Source of the DNA: an uncultured Candidatus Saccharibacteria bacterium
GTDB lineage: Bacteria > Patescibacteriota > WWE3 > UBA101185 > UBA10185
Assembly: GCA_964496005.1 (NCBI GenBank)
Contig: CAZBWW010000004.1
Span: 1 to 52,634, forward strand
Direction of reading: 5' to 3'
DNA: 52,634 bases
Shown here: piece after piece, positions 17,557-26,281 of the stretch
Layout: each line of letters begins with the position of its first letter
Numbering within the stretch: position 1 is the stretch's first letter
Notes under the pieces: model-generated
Seen by the model: only the letters and a program-made list of their open reading frames with translations
The model's database searches: none
What the model was told of the DNA's origin: nothing
Position numbers and translations under genes: made by a program

Positions 17557-17585
17557 TTGACTGTTGCGGCTTTGGGTTGTATGCT
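17557..17585 (+). promoter_or_regulatory. sigma70-type promoter TTGACT-17 nt-TATGCT for 17621..17881
   Basis: Hexamers and spacer counted directly. The region is homologous to the promoter at 17995-18023. Confidence 0.6.
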
Positions 17586-17620
17586 AAGGCTGTCTTATCG
17601 GCACACCAAAAGGTAAGGAA

Positions 17621-17881
17621 ATGTTAAGAAATATAGTTTTGGCTTTGTTGGTAATCGTCGTAGTTGCGGCGACCATGCTTATCCTTCTCGCCGGAGACTT
17701 TTTCGGCAAGATGGAGACCTGCCGTGGACTGTACTACGACGCGGATGCGCTGATTCTTTGTCCCTTCATAGGAGGAGCAGATGCTTTTCAGGAAGTTCTG
17801 GGTCGCACGAATTTCCTTGTTCTTATATTCGTTTTGGTCTTCGCCTTGCTGCTAATAGTAATCCGGCAGCACAGGCGTTGA
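17621..17881 (+). CDS. small membrane protein with extracytoplasmic Cys pair (paralog of 18158..18514)
   Basis: 86 aa with layout TM - C34...C47 - TM. SD AAGGTAAGGA. G+C-richer than its neighbours. Has its own promoter and terminator. Confidence 0.7.
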   Translation: MLRNIVLALLVIVVVAATMLILLAGDFFGKMETCRGLYYDADALILCPFIGGADAFQEVLGRTNFLVLIFVLVFALLLIVIRQHRR

Positions 17882-17889
17882 CTCACCGA

Positions 17890-17946
17890 CCTGCTCAGCG
17901 TGTAACCCAGGCTTTCACGGCCTTTGACGCTGAGCAGGTATTTTTT
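17890..17946 (+). terminator. intrinsic terminator with long-loop stem
   Basis: Perfect 11-bp stem CCTGCTCAGCG/CGCTGAGCAGG, with an inner AGGC/GCCT helix. Followed by TATTTTTT. Confidence 0.7.
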
Positions 17947-17994
17947 AATCAATAATCTCGATTTTAAACAATCAGATTACATATCCCATAGTGT

Positions 17995-18023
17995 TTGACT
18001 CTGTTAGATTTTGGGGTTATAAT
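17995..18023 (+). promoter_or_regulatory. sigma70 consensus promoter TTGACT-17 nt-TATAAT for 18158..18514
   Basis: Counted directly. It would give a leader of about 128 nt. Confidence 0.65.
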
Positions 18024-18157
18024 TACAACATATTATCCATAAACAAGTAACAAAAAATTTAGTGATCCCATCTTAAATGGTTTATTTGCTGCTCGAAACT
18101 ATATTTTTACTGTTTTTAGCAGAAATTAGCCATTTTAAAACCCAATAGGAGGACAAA

Positions 18158-18514
18158 ATGAAAAAATGGCAATTGATCGGGCTACTGGGAGCCGTGCTCC
18201 TGCTGTTGGCAGTTTTTATCGCTGCTGTGGCAGGCGTCGCCTCCATAGCCACGGTTCATTGTCCGGGTGTAACTACCACGGACGAGCTCGCGCGGTGTGT
18301 CGGGCGCGAGATAGGTCAGGCGGTCGGGGTTTTGTTTTTCATTTCATTTGTTGCTTTCGTCCGAGCAGGACTCGAACTGCAGCAAACCCCCGGCTTCAGT
18401 ACGTCCGCCGCCGAGGTCATTTTGATAGCATGGTTGTACAAAGCTGCTTTCATACTGGTGATTTTGGCGGGCGGTCTGCTTATCTTATCTTTTTTGGAGA
18501 GAGAGAAAAGATAG
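18158..18514 (+). CDS. small membrane protein with Cys pair (paralog of 17621..17881)
   Basis: 118 aa with layout TM - C35...C47 - 2 TM. SD AGGAGG lies 6 nt upstream of the ATG. Stretches exceed 50% G+C by hand count. Confidence 0.75.
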   Translation: MKKWQLIGLLGAVLLLLAVFIAAVAGVASIATVHCPGVTTTDELARCVGREIGQAVGVLFFISFVAFVRAGLELQQTPGFSTSAAEVILIAWLYKAAFILVILAGGLLILSFLEREKR

Positions 18515-18526
18515 CAAGGCTGGCGT

Positions 18527-18572
18527 CGGCGCAGTAAGTCGTTGGGATTCCTCAACCATCGACACTGCGCCG
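18527..18572 (+). other. long-loop GC hairpin downstream of 18158..18514 (possible terminator, no T-run)
   Basis: Stem CGGCGCAGT/ACTGCGCCG plus an inner GTCG/CGAC helix. Confidence 0.4.
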
Positions 18573-18670
18573 GCTCCTTACTTACACCAAACAATACATA
18601 TTTTACAAAAACAGAACCTACACACACCAAAAACCCCATAAAACTTGTCATCCCCTATATAATTAACTAC

Positions 18671-19387
18671 ATGTCCGCACGCGCACTGCAAACACCAACC
18701 AAACTAAATACAACAGAAAACTCAAAAATACTAATAATTTACCCGCATCCGGACGATGAAACCTTTTTCTCGGGAGGCTTTATTTTGAGAAATTTAAAAC
18801 TTGGAGCAAAAATTAAAGTAATTTCGCTAACTAAAGGTGAGGCAAGTACTTTGCGTTTTGGCGTACCCGAAAACATCTCGCTTGCAGACGTGCGTGCACA
18901 AGAATTTAAAACCGCGATGCAAAAACTTGGCGTTACAAATTACGCGATTGAAGATTATCCTGACGGGAAGCTTGAAAACTGCGTGCCCAAACTAAAAAAA
19001 TATGTTGAGGACCAAATTATAAACTTCGCTCCAACCCATTTAGTAACTTTTGAACCGTGGGGCGCGTACGGGCATCCCGATCACGTTGCGGTATCTGAAC
19101 TTATTACAAATCTGGCACATGAGCATAAATTTAATCTAATCTATGCAACTGTAAATCCTACCTTTAAATTTTCGGAGAGTACGTTAAATATGGCAAAAGA
19201 ACCCGAAAAAGTTAAGCCACACGAACCAAACTATGTGCTTACACTTACGCTAAGTGAACTTTATAAAAAGTTGCTCGCAGGAAGTGCGCATAAATCACAA
19301 ACGGGAAGTAAGCAAAACCCGCTTACGCAGTTAAAAGCGATTCGGCAGTTGAAAAAGGAATATTTTTTGTTAACTTATAGTTTTTGA
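18671..19387 (+). CDS. PIG-L/LmbE-family N-acetylglucosaminyl deacetylase
   Basis: Motifs IIYPHPDDETFFSGG and HPDH. TATAAT lies 7 nt upstream of ATG 18671. The track ORF begins earlier at TTG 18542. Confidence 0.85.
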   Translation: MSARALQTPTKLNTTENSKILIIYPHPDDETFFSGGFILRNLKLGAKIKVISLTKGEASTLRFGVPENISLADVRAQEFKTAMQKLGVTNYAIEDYPDGKLENCVPKLKKYVEDQIINFAPTHLVTFEPWGAYGHPDHVAVSELITNLAHEHKFNLIYATVNPTFKFSESTLNMAKEPEKVKPHEPNYVLTLTLSELYKKLLAGSAHKSQTGSKQNPLTQLKAIRQLKKEYFLLTYSF

Positions 19388-19412
19388 CGGATACCAACGT
19401 GCTATATATAAT
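19384..19412 (+). promoter_or_regulatory. sigma70 promoter TTGACG-17 nt-TATAAT for 19450..20340
   Basis: Counted directly. The -35 box overlaps the PIG-L stop codon. Confidence 0.6.
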
Positions 19413-19449
19413 CCCAGTTGATAAATCTTAGTCCATGAGGAGGTGAAAC

Positions 19450-20340
19450 ATGGACGACAGAAAAGTGAAGATTGGTGTTTCGGTGGTAACACTCTATCTT
19501 CATATGCTGATTGGGAAACTCTTTTTTGGCGAACCGTTTTTAGGAACGGCTCTCCAGAAAATGAATGATGCGGGGCTTGATTGTGTGGAGCTGCTTCCGC
19601 TCCAATGGGCAAGCGTTCGGGAGTTTAAGGAATTTCCTCCTGAATATGCTGCTTCATGGAGCGCTCGATGGCGATCTGTTAGCGTAATGCAATATTTACG
19701 CCGAATCGTCATCAAACGAGATCCGCACAGGCTCATTAAACTTGTCCAGGAACTGTTGCTTTTTGGGACAAGTTGGAGTTCTACGGCGAGAGAGCGCGTT
19801 ATTCGTGAACAGTTTCCGGAGGCTGTGCATTCTGCGCATCAACTGGATCATTCGCGAAAAGATGCGTTCGAGCTGACAGCGGATACTCTGACCGAATTGC
19901 CGCTTAAAACCATTCTCGAACTGGCGGTAAATGGACAATCATTCACGATTGACACCTACCACCTGCTCGAAAATGGCTGGACAGAGGAAAGTCTTAGTAA
20001 GCTGATTCGGCTAATCGGTTCTCTGAGCGCGCTAGGAGCAATACCTCTAGTGCATTTCCAACTCAGAGATCCGCGCCGACTACAAGCATTTTTGGAGGGT
20101 AGTTTTATACCTGAAGCCAAAATTCTTGCTGCAATAGGCAGTGAGTGGTGCAAAAATGTACCGCCAGGAATAGAGGCTCCGGAAAAACTTGTAGTCATCA
20201 TCGAACTCCCCCCACACAGAGTACTGCTGCCCCCGCGGCATTTCCTTAAAAATACTGTGGTCGGACTCAAGGAAATTTCGGAAGGCATAAGATCTCGGCT
20301 CACCACCGACCAGAACTCTATCCAGAACCTTTACAAGTAA
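19450..20340 (+). CDS. G+C-rich ORF, possibly xylose-isomerase-like TIM-barrel (sugar phosphate isomerase/epimerase family)
   Basis: 296 aa. SD GAGGAGGTG. The KIGVS...AGLDCVELLP N-terminal pattern resembles AP-endonuclease-2/XylA-like TIM barrels. This is a weak functional call. Confidence 0.6.
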   Translation: MDDRKVKIGVSVVTLYLHMLIGKLFFGEPFLGTALQKMNDAGLDCVELLPLQWASVREFKEFPPEYAASWSARWRSVSVMQYLRRIVIKRDPHRLIKLVQELLLFGTSWSSTARERVIREQFPEAVHSAHQLDHSRKDAFELTADTLTELPLKTILELAVNGQSFTIDTYHLLENGWTEESLSKLIRLIGSLSALGAIPLVHFQLRDPRRLQAFLEGSFIPEAKILAAIGSEWCKNVPPGIEAPEKLVVIIELPPHRVLLPPRHFLKNTVVGLKEISEGIRSRLTTDQNSIQNLYK

Positions 20341-20341
20341 C

Positions 20342-20379
20342 GGCTGCGGATAGCACATACCCAAAAGTTATCCGCAGTC
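20342..20379. terminator. hairpin between convergent genes
   Basis: Stem CTGCGGATA/TATCCGCAG (9 bp, extendable with a G-U pair), 16-nt loop, AT-rich tail. Confidence 0.45.
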
Positions 20380-20452
20380 CGCACCTTATATTTAATTTAA
20401 AAAATTTCAATGGTAAATTTGCCTCATTTCAACTCTGCAACATAAACACTTG

Positions 20453-20884
20453 TTACAACCTAACCCCCTCAATATCCCCAACCACCATCCAGGCTGTGGA
20501 TGCGCCAAATCCTTTTTTGTTTATTGCAAACTGCTTTATTTTTTTCGGATTTTTCAGGAAAATTAAAATACAGTACTTTTTGTGGGAATTGGCTTTCGCC
20601 CACCACTCATGCTGCTCACCCGTAAATCCTATTTCCCTCCCATATTTCCTTAATACTTCCGAAATTTTCTGTTCGGTCAAATTTTCGATTTGCAAGACTT
20701 TCGCTACTTCAGCAACTGCAGTCACCGACTCACCTGAATTCTTAAAATACACAACATCACCAGTAAAAATTCTGTCCCACGGAGCAACTTTGCTAACGTA
20801 CCATCTGGACTCGATACTCTTCTCACCACTCAATACTTTGGGTAAAAAATTAAATTTTTTATTTAGAATTGCAATGTGATCCAT
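20453..20884 (-). CDS. ASCH (PUA-like) domain protein
   Basis: 143 aa with a LSGEKSIESR motif near the N-terminus. Overlaps the upstream HAD gene by 26 nt. Confidence 0.65.
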   Translation of the reverse strand: MDHIAILNKKFNFLPKVLSGEKSIESRWYVSKVAPWDRIFTGDVVYFKNSGESVTAVAEVAKVLQIENLTEQKISEVLRKYGREIGFTGEQHEWWAKANSHKKYCILIFLKNPKKIKQFAINKKGFGASTAWMVVGDIEGVRL

Positions 20885-21563
20885 ACAAAAAGGCGGGCAG
20901 CTTGTTGAACGACTCTAATACTAGGTTTTTATCCATGCCCGCGTCAACAAAAGCAGCCTCATCAGTTAACCCGGTAGTTACGGCAACAAAAAACAACCCC
21001 CGATCCCGCGCGGCAAAATAATCAAACAAACTATCTCCAACATAAATTGCCTCACTTTCACTTATTCCTCTGTTCGCAAGCTCTACGACAACCTCATCAA
21101 AACAGCGGGGGTCCGGTTTGCTTGCAACATGATCTTCATGTGTGTAAATAAAATCATGAAAATGCAGTGTTGGACTAAAATATCTGGTGTACGTTTCAAT
21201 GAATGACGGTTTATGAGCTGAACTAAGCACACCAAACACATAATTACTTTTGTGAAAATACGAAAGTGTCTTTTTAATTCCGGGAAAAGGCTTGGGTATA
21301 TAATCGCTTTTTGTAAACAGGTCGGATTGTCTAAATTCGGTAAACATATCCCAAACTTTTGCAGACTGTAAGTTAGGCCACGCGGCTAAAATCAATTCGT
21401 CAATTTTTCTGCCCCACACAGCTCTTAGTGCAACTGTATCGGGCGACTCCAGCTCAAAATATTTTGCAAACTCAAAATACCAATTTAGATATGTTTCGAA
21501 TGAGCGTACTATAGTATCGTCCCAATCATGAATTAGTGCTTTTATGTGAGTTAGGTCTAGCAC
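20859..21563 (-). CDS. HAD-superfamily hydrolase
   Basis: DxDxT-like motif (HDWDDT), GVLSS, and GDSLFD motif IV. GTG start with TGcTAAAAT 6 nt upstream. Confidence 0.8.
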   Translation of the reverse strand: MLDLTHIKALIHDWDDTIVRSFETYLNWYFEFAKYFELESPDTVALRAVWGRKIDELILAAWPNLQSAKVWDMFTEFRQSDLFTKSDYIPKPFPGIKKTLSYFHKSNYVFGVLSSAHKPSFIETYTRYFSPTLHFHDFIYTHEDHVASKPDPRCFDEVVVELANRGISESEAIYVGDSLFDYFAARDRGLFFVAVTTGLTDEAAFVDAGMDKNLVLESFNKLPAFLYGSHCNSK

Positions 21564-21636
21564 GCGTTCATTTTAGCACTACTGATGTAATTACTTCCAA
21601 AATGCTAAAATTAACTTGATTGCAAAAGCGATTAAA

Positions 21637-22614
21637 ATGACTAAAAACCACGGTCTACTCATTTTTTTAATATTTTCTTTTATTTGGTGTTTTGCACTTG
21701 GTGCCGTACTCGCCGTACTTTTTGCTTTCTCGATCCTACCACCATCATCACGCGCATGTACCACAAACACCTGCCCGATAACCCACACCGAAAATGTACA
21801 CGAACTTGTTGTACTTACTAAAGAACCGAATCCAACTGCACTTTTAATTCAAGTTGTAGAAACTACAGGTACTACCTTGTATGGCGATAATTATTCTGAT
21901 GTGTACGGCTTCGCCTATTTATCAAATCCGGACACTGGAACCTGGGATAAAAAAGCGCTTACCGGACGTGAATTAAAGTTCATAGCCAACACTTCTTCTG
22001 ACGGGAAGGGTTCAACTGAAATTTTGGGTCAACTCACTATAGGTACCAAAAAAATACAAATACCACAAATTGATATTCAAACGCCAATGGTAATTAAAAA
22101 TCTGGAAAAATTCTCTAAATTAGGTGGAACCGGTACGTATGTAGAACCTACTTCTGAATTAGTTATTAATTCCAGGCAGTTATCTGTACCAACCATCTTA
22201 ATCAACGACGTGGAAATCCCTGTTGATATCGCCTACTTTAAAGCGACCGACCTAGCGGATGTGGTAATAGATTTAGATACATACGGTGTACACACAAAAT
22301 GGCTGACGTATTGGGACTCTGCAGATACTTTTTACCACCTGGATGATACTCAAGTTGAATCGAACCACCCAACCTATAAACCGCACGAGTTTTTTGGCAA
22401 TTTGAAAACAACAAATCAAAGCACTGTAGTTACATATTTACCCATTCCGGAAATAGCACAAACCGATGAACAACTAACCATTAACGATCTGCCAGAAGTA
22501 TTAAATATGCAAGAAACTATTTCAGAAGATTTGGATACGCTCAGAACGGTAACATTGGTAACGACACAAAACGGCGGTAGGGGTGTTTACATATCCATAG
22601 GTCACCCCAAATAG
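21637..22614 (+). CDS. N-terminally anchored or secreted protein of unknown function
   Basis: The ATG at 21637 gives MTKNHGLLIFLIFSFIW... (signal anchor). The track ORF starts at TTG 21616, which lies 4 nt after a TGcTAAAAT box, so the start is ambiguous. Confidence 0.65.
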   Translation: MTKNHGLLIFLIFSFIWCFALGAVLAVLFAFSILPPSSRACTTNTCPITHTENVHELVVLTKEPNPTALLIQVVETTGTTLYGDNYSDVYGFAYLSNPDTGTWDKKALTGRELKFIANTSSDGKGSTEILGQLTIGTKKIQIPQIDIQTPMVIKNLEKFSKLGGTGTYVEPTSELVINSRQLSVPTILINDVEIPVDIAYFKATDLADVVIDLDTYGVHTKWLTYWDSADTFYHLDDTQVESNHPTYKPHEFFGNLKTTNQSTVVTYLPIPEIAQTDEQLTINDLPEVLNMQETISEDLDTLRTVTLVTTQNGGRGVYISIGHPK

Positions 22615-22640
22615 CTTTCCTTTGATCTAAACTTAAATAC

Positions 22641-23396
22641 CTACAAATAACTGCTATTTGCTAATAACACCGCAACTAATACAAAAACAATAAGTGTGCT
22701 CAAAATAAAAGCCAACAACAAACTAATGCCAACTATTCTTTTTTTACTCCAGGTTTTTGCAAACAATGTGTTTGCTACCACAACAATAGCCAAAAATGGA
22801 ATTAATAATAAAAATGTAGTAATTCCTGTAGCCGCAGCCCCCAAACCAAGGATTGTTTGCGCACTTGGCCTATATGGAGGCGCCCCAATCTCATTAACAT
22901 CTTCTATCGAAATGGGACCTTCCGGTGCAGAAACCGGCACCGTTCCCGGCAAGGGTATATCAGTCAATTGATCCGATAAATCCTGCTTTGCACCCATTCC
23001 CTGCTCCGGGCTTTCAGTGTTTGGAATATAAAGGTCAGTATTCGCTGTTCCATACTCAACCGAAGAAGTAATTTTTTCCAGTATTCGCACTTTTGGCGAG
23101 GAGATTAGGTGTAAAAATAATAACGAGGCAGCAAAAATTACACCTAAAATTAACGCGGCAATTCCAAGTGTTCTTTTTCTACTCCCGCCGGTAATAAACT
23201 TAACTACCGCGGTTACAGGCACTGCAAGCACACCTACTAAAAATAGGCTTAGTTTAATTAGTGATACTGCTATGATTGGTGCCACTACCAACGCATGTGC
23301 GTCCTTCGCAAACACTAAAATAGCAAAAACAATGCTGCATAGAAAAACTGTAATAGTTCGAGCGCTTTTTACAAGTCGAGCCATATCTTCTATCAT
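22641..23396 (-). CDS. polytopic membrane protein of unknown function
   Basis: 251-aa ORF. Alternative start ATG 23384 (MARLVKS...) has TATGAT 7 nt upstream. Confidence 0.65.
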   Translation of the reverse strand: MIEDMARLVKSARTITVFLCSIVFAILVFAKDAHALVVAPIIAVSLIKLSLFLVGVLAVPVTAVVKFITGGSRKRTLGIAALILGVIFAASLLFLHLISSPKVRILEKITSSVEYGTANTDLYIPNTESPEQGMGAKQDLSDQLTDIPLPGTVPVSAPEGPISIEDVNEIGAPPYRPSAQTILGLGAAATGITTFLLLIPFLAIVVVANTLFAKTWSKKRIVGISLLLAFILSTLIVFVLVAVLLANSSYL

Positions 23397-23403
23397 AAAA
23401 CAA

Positions 23404-24285
23404 ATGCCTACTGTTGTAAAAAAAGGAAATGCGGTTTTAGTTAGCGGTCGAGCAGGTGAACTAACTCAGTTTGCAGACGAAAAAACTTTTGCCTTATTGG
23501 CAGAAATTTTTGGAAGTACCGGCCCCTATAGAAAAGTACTTAAGCAGTTTGGAATTGGTGCTACAAAAAATACTGACAATTTTCTTGTGTTACTTGATGG
23601 AAAAGTATTTAGTGATGTTACAAAAGAAAACAAAGCGCTGTGGGAAAGCTGCATGTACAAACTGCGAGTTGATGGCAATAAGGTCGAGTTAAAAATAAAC
23701 CTAACGCCGACAGGTGTGTTGAAAGGGTTTCCTGGCTTCATCAAAAAAAATTACGTTGATACTAAAGTATTAGCTAACTTACAAAAAACACTAACAGCAG
23801 CTGATGAGAAATACAGAAATTATTGCGAACTAGTTGCTGAAACACTTAAAACCAAAAATATCTCAAAAAGCAATTTCTTAGCGGCTTACGAGTATGTTGT
23901 GTATATAACCTATATATTCGAGCTTTTGTTTAATTTTAATGATGGAGCTAAAAAAGCTAAAAAAATTGATTCGGGCTCGGTAGCAGAAAATACTGTTGAA
24001 AATCAATTAAGAGAATATGTTCGCCAAAATGACTATTTATTAAAATACGACGATTCATACATAGAATTTGCTTTTAACCCCAAAAACGGGTTTGCAGTTA
24101 ATAACCTTGAAAACAGTAATGCGCTTGAAGCAGCACTATTAAACAATCAGAAACTTATTCCGGACGTAATTGAGACCCCACAAATAAAGTGCGACCCAAA
24201 ACTGCTTGCCGAAAAAAAACTACAATGTTTAAAAAATAATATGCGGTTAAAAACTAACATTTTGTTGTACTACCTAAAAACTTGA
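23404..24285 (+). CDS. hypothetical protein
   Basis: 293 aa from ATG 23404, with TATCAT 7 nt upstream. The track ORF extends to 23272 inside the divergent gene. No motif I recognise. Confidence 0.65.
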   Translation: MPTVVKKGNAVLVSGRAGELTQFADEKTFALLAEIFGSTGPYRKVLKQFGIGATKNTDNFLVLLDGKVFSDVTKENKALWESCMYKLRVDGNKVELKINLTPTGVLKGFPGFIKKNYVDTKVLANLQKTLTAADEKYRNYCELVAETLKTKNISKSNFLAAYEYVVYITYIFELLFNFNDGAKKAKKIDSGSVAENTVENQLREYVRQNDYLLKYDDSYIEFAFNPKNGFAVNNLENSNALEAALLNNQKLIPDVIETPQIKCDPKLLAEKKLQCLKNNMRLKTNILLYYLKT

Positions 24286-24316
24286 TAGAATTAATCCACG
24301 GAACAAACACTGCCTA

Positions 24317-26014
24317 ATGAGTATATTTATTGAAGTCAGCTTAATAATTGTAATTGCGACGGCACTGGCAGCTTTAATGCGGTTTTTAAAGCAACCGTTA
24401 ATAATGGGGTACATGCTGACCGGGCTAATTATTGGGCCGTTGCTGCTAGGTTTTGATGCATCAACCGAAACTGTGCAGGTATTTTCGGAGTTTGGAGTAG
24501 CAATTTTGCTGTTTATAGTGGGTTTGCACCTGAGTCCCAAGGAAGCCGGCGAGGTAGGAAAAGTTTCTGTTTTGGCGGGGCTTGGACAAGTTGTAATTAC
24601 GTGCGCTGTGGGCTTTTTACTTACCCTGGCTCTTGGTTTTGAAGTTGTACCCGCAATATTTATTGCCACAGCTCTTACTTTTAGCAGTACTATTATAGTT
24701 TTAAAATTACTAACCGATAAACACGACCTAGAAAAACTATATGCAAAAATAACGATCGGAATTTTATTAATTCAGGATTTTGCTGCAGTAATTGCATTGG
24801 TCTTTGTCACAACTTTAAGTAAAGAAAGTAACGCGGCAACAGAGCTTGGTTTGCTTTTCGGTGTAGGCATAGCATTAACAGTTCTTTTGGCATTTATCAG
24901 TTATAAAATATTACCTAAATTAAGTGATTTTTTCGCATCCTCACAAGAAATGCTGTTTTTGTTTGCGTTGGGGTGGGGATTTGGCTTAGCTTCGTTATTT
25001 GAGCTAATCGGCTTTTCAATAGAAATCGGTGCGTTAATTGCAGGTATTACTTTGTCTATTTCGCCTTACAGCCAAGAAATAAGTACCCGACTAAAACCGT
25101 TGCGTGATTTTTTTATTATTATGTTTTTTGTTTTTTTAGGTGCGGGAATGAATCTTTCTGCAGTAACCGGTTTGATTGTTCCAATAGTTGTGTTATCTGC
25201 ATTTGTGTTAATAGGAAACCCGATCATCGTTATTTTAATTATTAACGCGCTAGGATACAGAAAACGCACCAGTTTTTTGACCGGACTTGCAGTTGCCCAA
25301 ATAAGTGAATTTTCGTTAATTTTAATTTTAATTGGTGTAAGTGTAGGTAAGGTCGGTGACGAAGTTATGGCACTAACAACCATGGTGGCACTAATTACAA
25401 TTGCTGTTTCAACTTATATGATTAATTATTCTGATCGACTATATCCATATTTTGCACCTCTGCTGGCCAAAATAGAACGGAAAAAAACAATTGAGGAATC
25501 GGATATTTTAGGGGCGTATGATTTAGTGTTATTTGGCTGTAACCGTGTTGGCTGGGATTTTGTAAAATTATTTAGAAAACTAGGTCAAAGTTTTTTGGTT
25601 GTTGATTTTGATCCTGACGTAATTAAGAACCTCACTAAAAATGGCATAAATAATAGATACGGTGATGCTGAGGATGCCGATTTTTTAGAAGATTTGAATT
25701 TAGGCGATGCTAAGATGGTAATTTCTACAATTCCGGATTTTGAAACAAATAAATTTTTAGTTGAACATATAGGAAAATTAGCAAATAAAACTTCAGTTAT
25801 TTTAATTTCTTACAATATAGACGAGGCACTTTCTTTGTACGAAAAAGGTGCCGAATATATTATAATGCCCCATTTTATTGGCGGAAGCTTTGCCGCTGAA
25901 ATTGCCTATAAAAATTGGGATAAGCCTGAAGAAATGGCAAAAATCCGTGAAAATAACGTTGCGTATTTGAAAGAGCGAAAAGCACTTGGACACGCTCATC
26001 CCTTAAAAAACTAA
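24317..26014 (+). CDS. CPA2-type cation:proton antiporter (Kef-like) with C-terminal TrkA-N/RCK domain
   Basis: 565 aa with about 12 TM segments, then a Rossmann-like segment LVLFGCNRVGWDFV. Confidence 0.85.
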   Translation: MSIFIEVSLIIVIATALAALMRFLKQPLIMGYMLTGLIIGPLLLGFDASTETVQVFSEFGVAILLFIVGLHLSPKEAGEVGKVSVLAGLGQVVITCAVGFLLTLALGFEVVPAIFIATALTFSSTIIVLKLLTDKHDLEKLYAKITIGILLIQDFAAVIALVFVTTLSKESNAATELGLLFGVGIALTVLLAFISYKILPKLSDFFASSQEMLFLFALGWGFGLASLFELIGFSIEIGALIAGITLSISPYSQEISTRLKPLRDFFIIMFFVFLGAGMNLSAVTGLIVPIVVLSAFVLIGNPIIVILIINALGYRKRTSFLTGLAVAQISEFSLILILIGVSVGKVGDEVMALTTMVALITIAVSTYMINYSDRLYPYFAPLLAKIERKKTIEESDILGAYDLVLFGCNRVGWDFVKLFRKLGQSFLVVDFDPDVIKNLTKNGINNRYGDAEDADFLEDLNLGDAKMVISTIPDFETNKFLVEHIGKLANKTSVILISYNIDEALSLYEKGAEYIIMPHFIGGSFAAEIAYKNWDKPEEMAKIRENNVAYLKERKALGHAHPLKN

Positions 26015-26054
26015 ATAGTACATAAAATACTTGATATAATTGGCTCGTTCGACC

Positions 26055-26081
26055 AAACCCGACCGTGGGTTTAGCTTTTTT
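26055..26081 (+). terminator. intrinsic terminator after the antiporter gene
   Basis: Stem AAACCC/GGGTTT with a 6-nt loop, followed by agcTTTTTT. Confidence 0.55.
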
Positions 26082-26129
26082 AGTACCTGGATGTTAGGAG
26101 GTTATTAAAATTTTAAGTTGGTTGTTTTT

Positions 26130-26205
26130 GGGCCATTAGCTCAGCTGGTAGAGCGCTTCATTCGCATTGAAGAGGTCGGCGGTTCGATTCCGCCATGGTC
26201 CACCA
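26130..26205 (+). tRNA. tRNA-Ala (anticodon CGC), encoded CCA
   Basis: Acceptor GGGCCAT/ATGGTCC with the G3:U70 Ala identity pair. Anticodon loop TTCGCAT. Confidence 0.9.
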
Positions 26206-26281
26206 TAGAATTAACACTGTTACAACAACATTATTATATACCCAAGAAAGAATTTAGAACTTTTGTGCTAAAATCCATAAT

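Noticed and set aside
18166-20364. Arg-rich alternative-frame ORF 18166..18537, and several minus-strand ORFs (19370..19612, 19500..19736, 19696..19938, 19956..20306, 20080..20364)
   Set aside because: These are typical open alternative frames in G+C-rich DNA. None has an SD or promoter. The plus-strand ORFs 18158..18514 and 19450..20340 have consensus promoters and well-spaced SDs.
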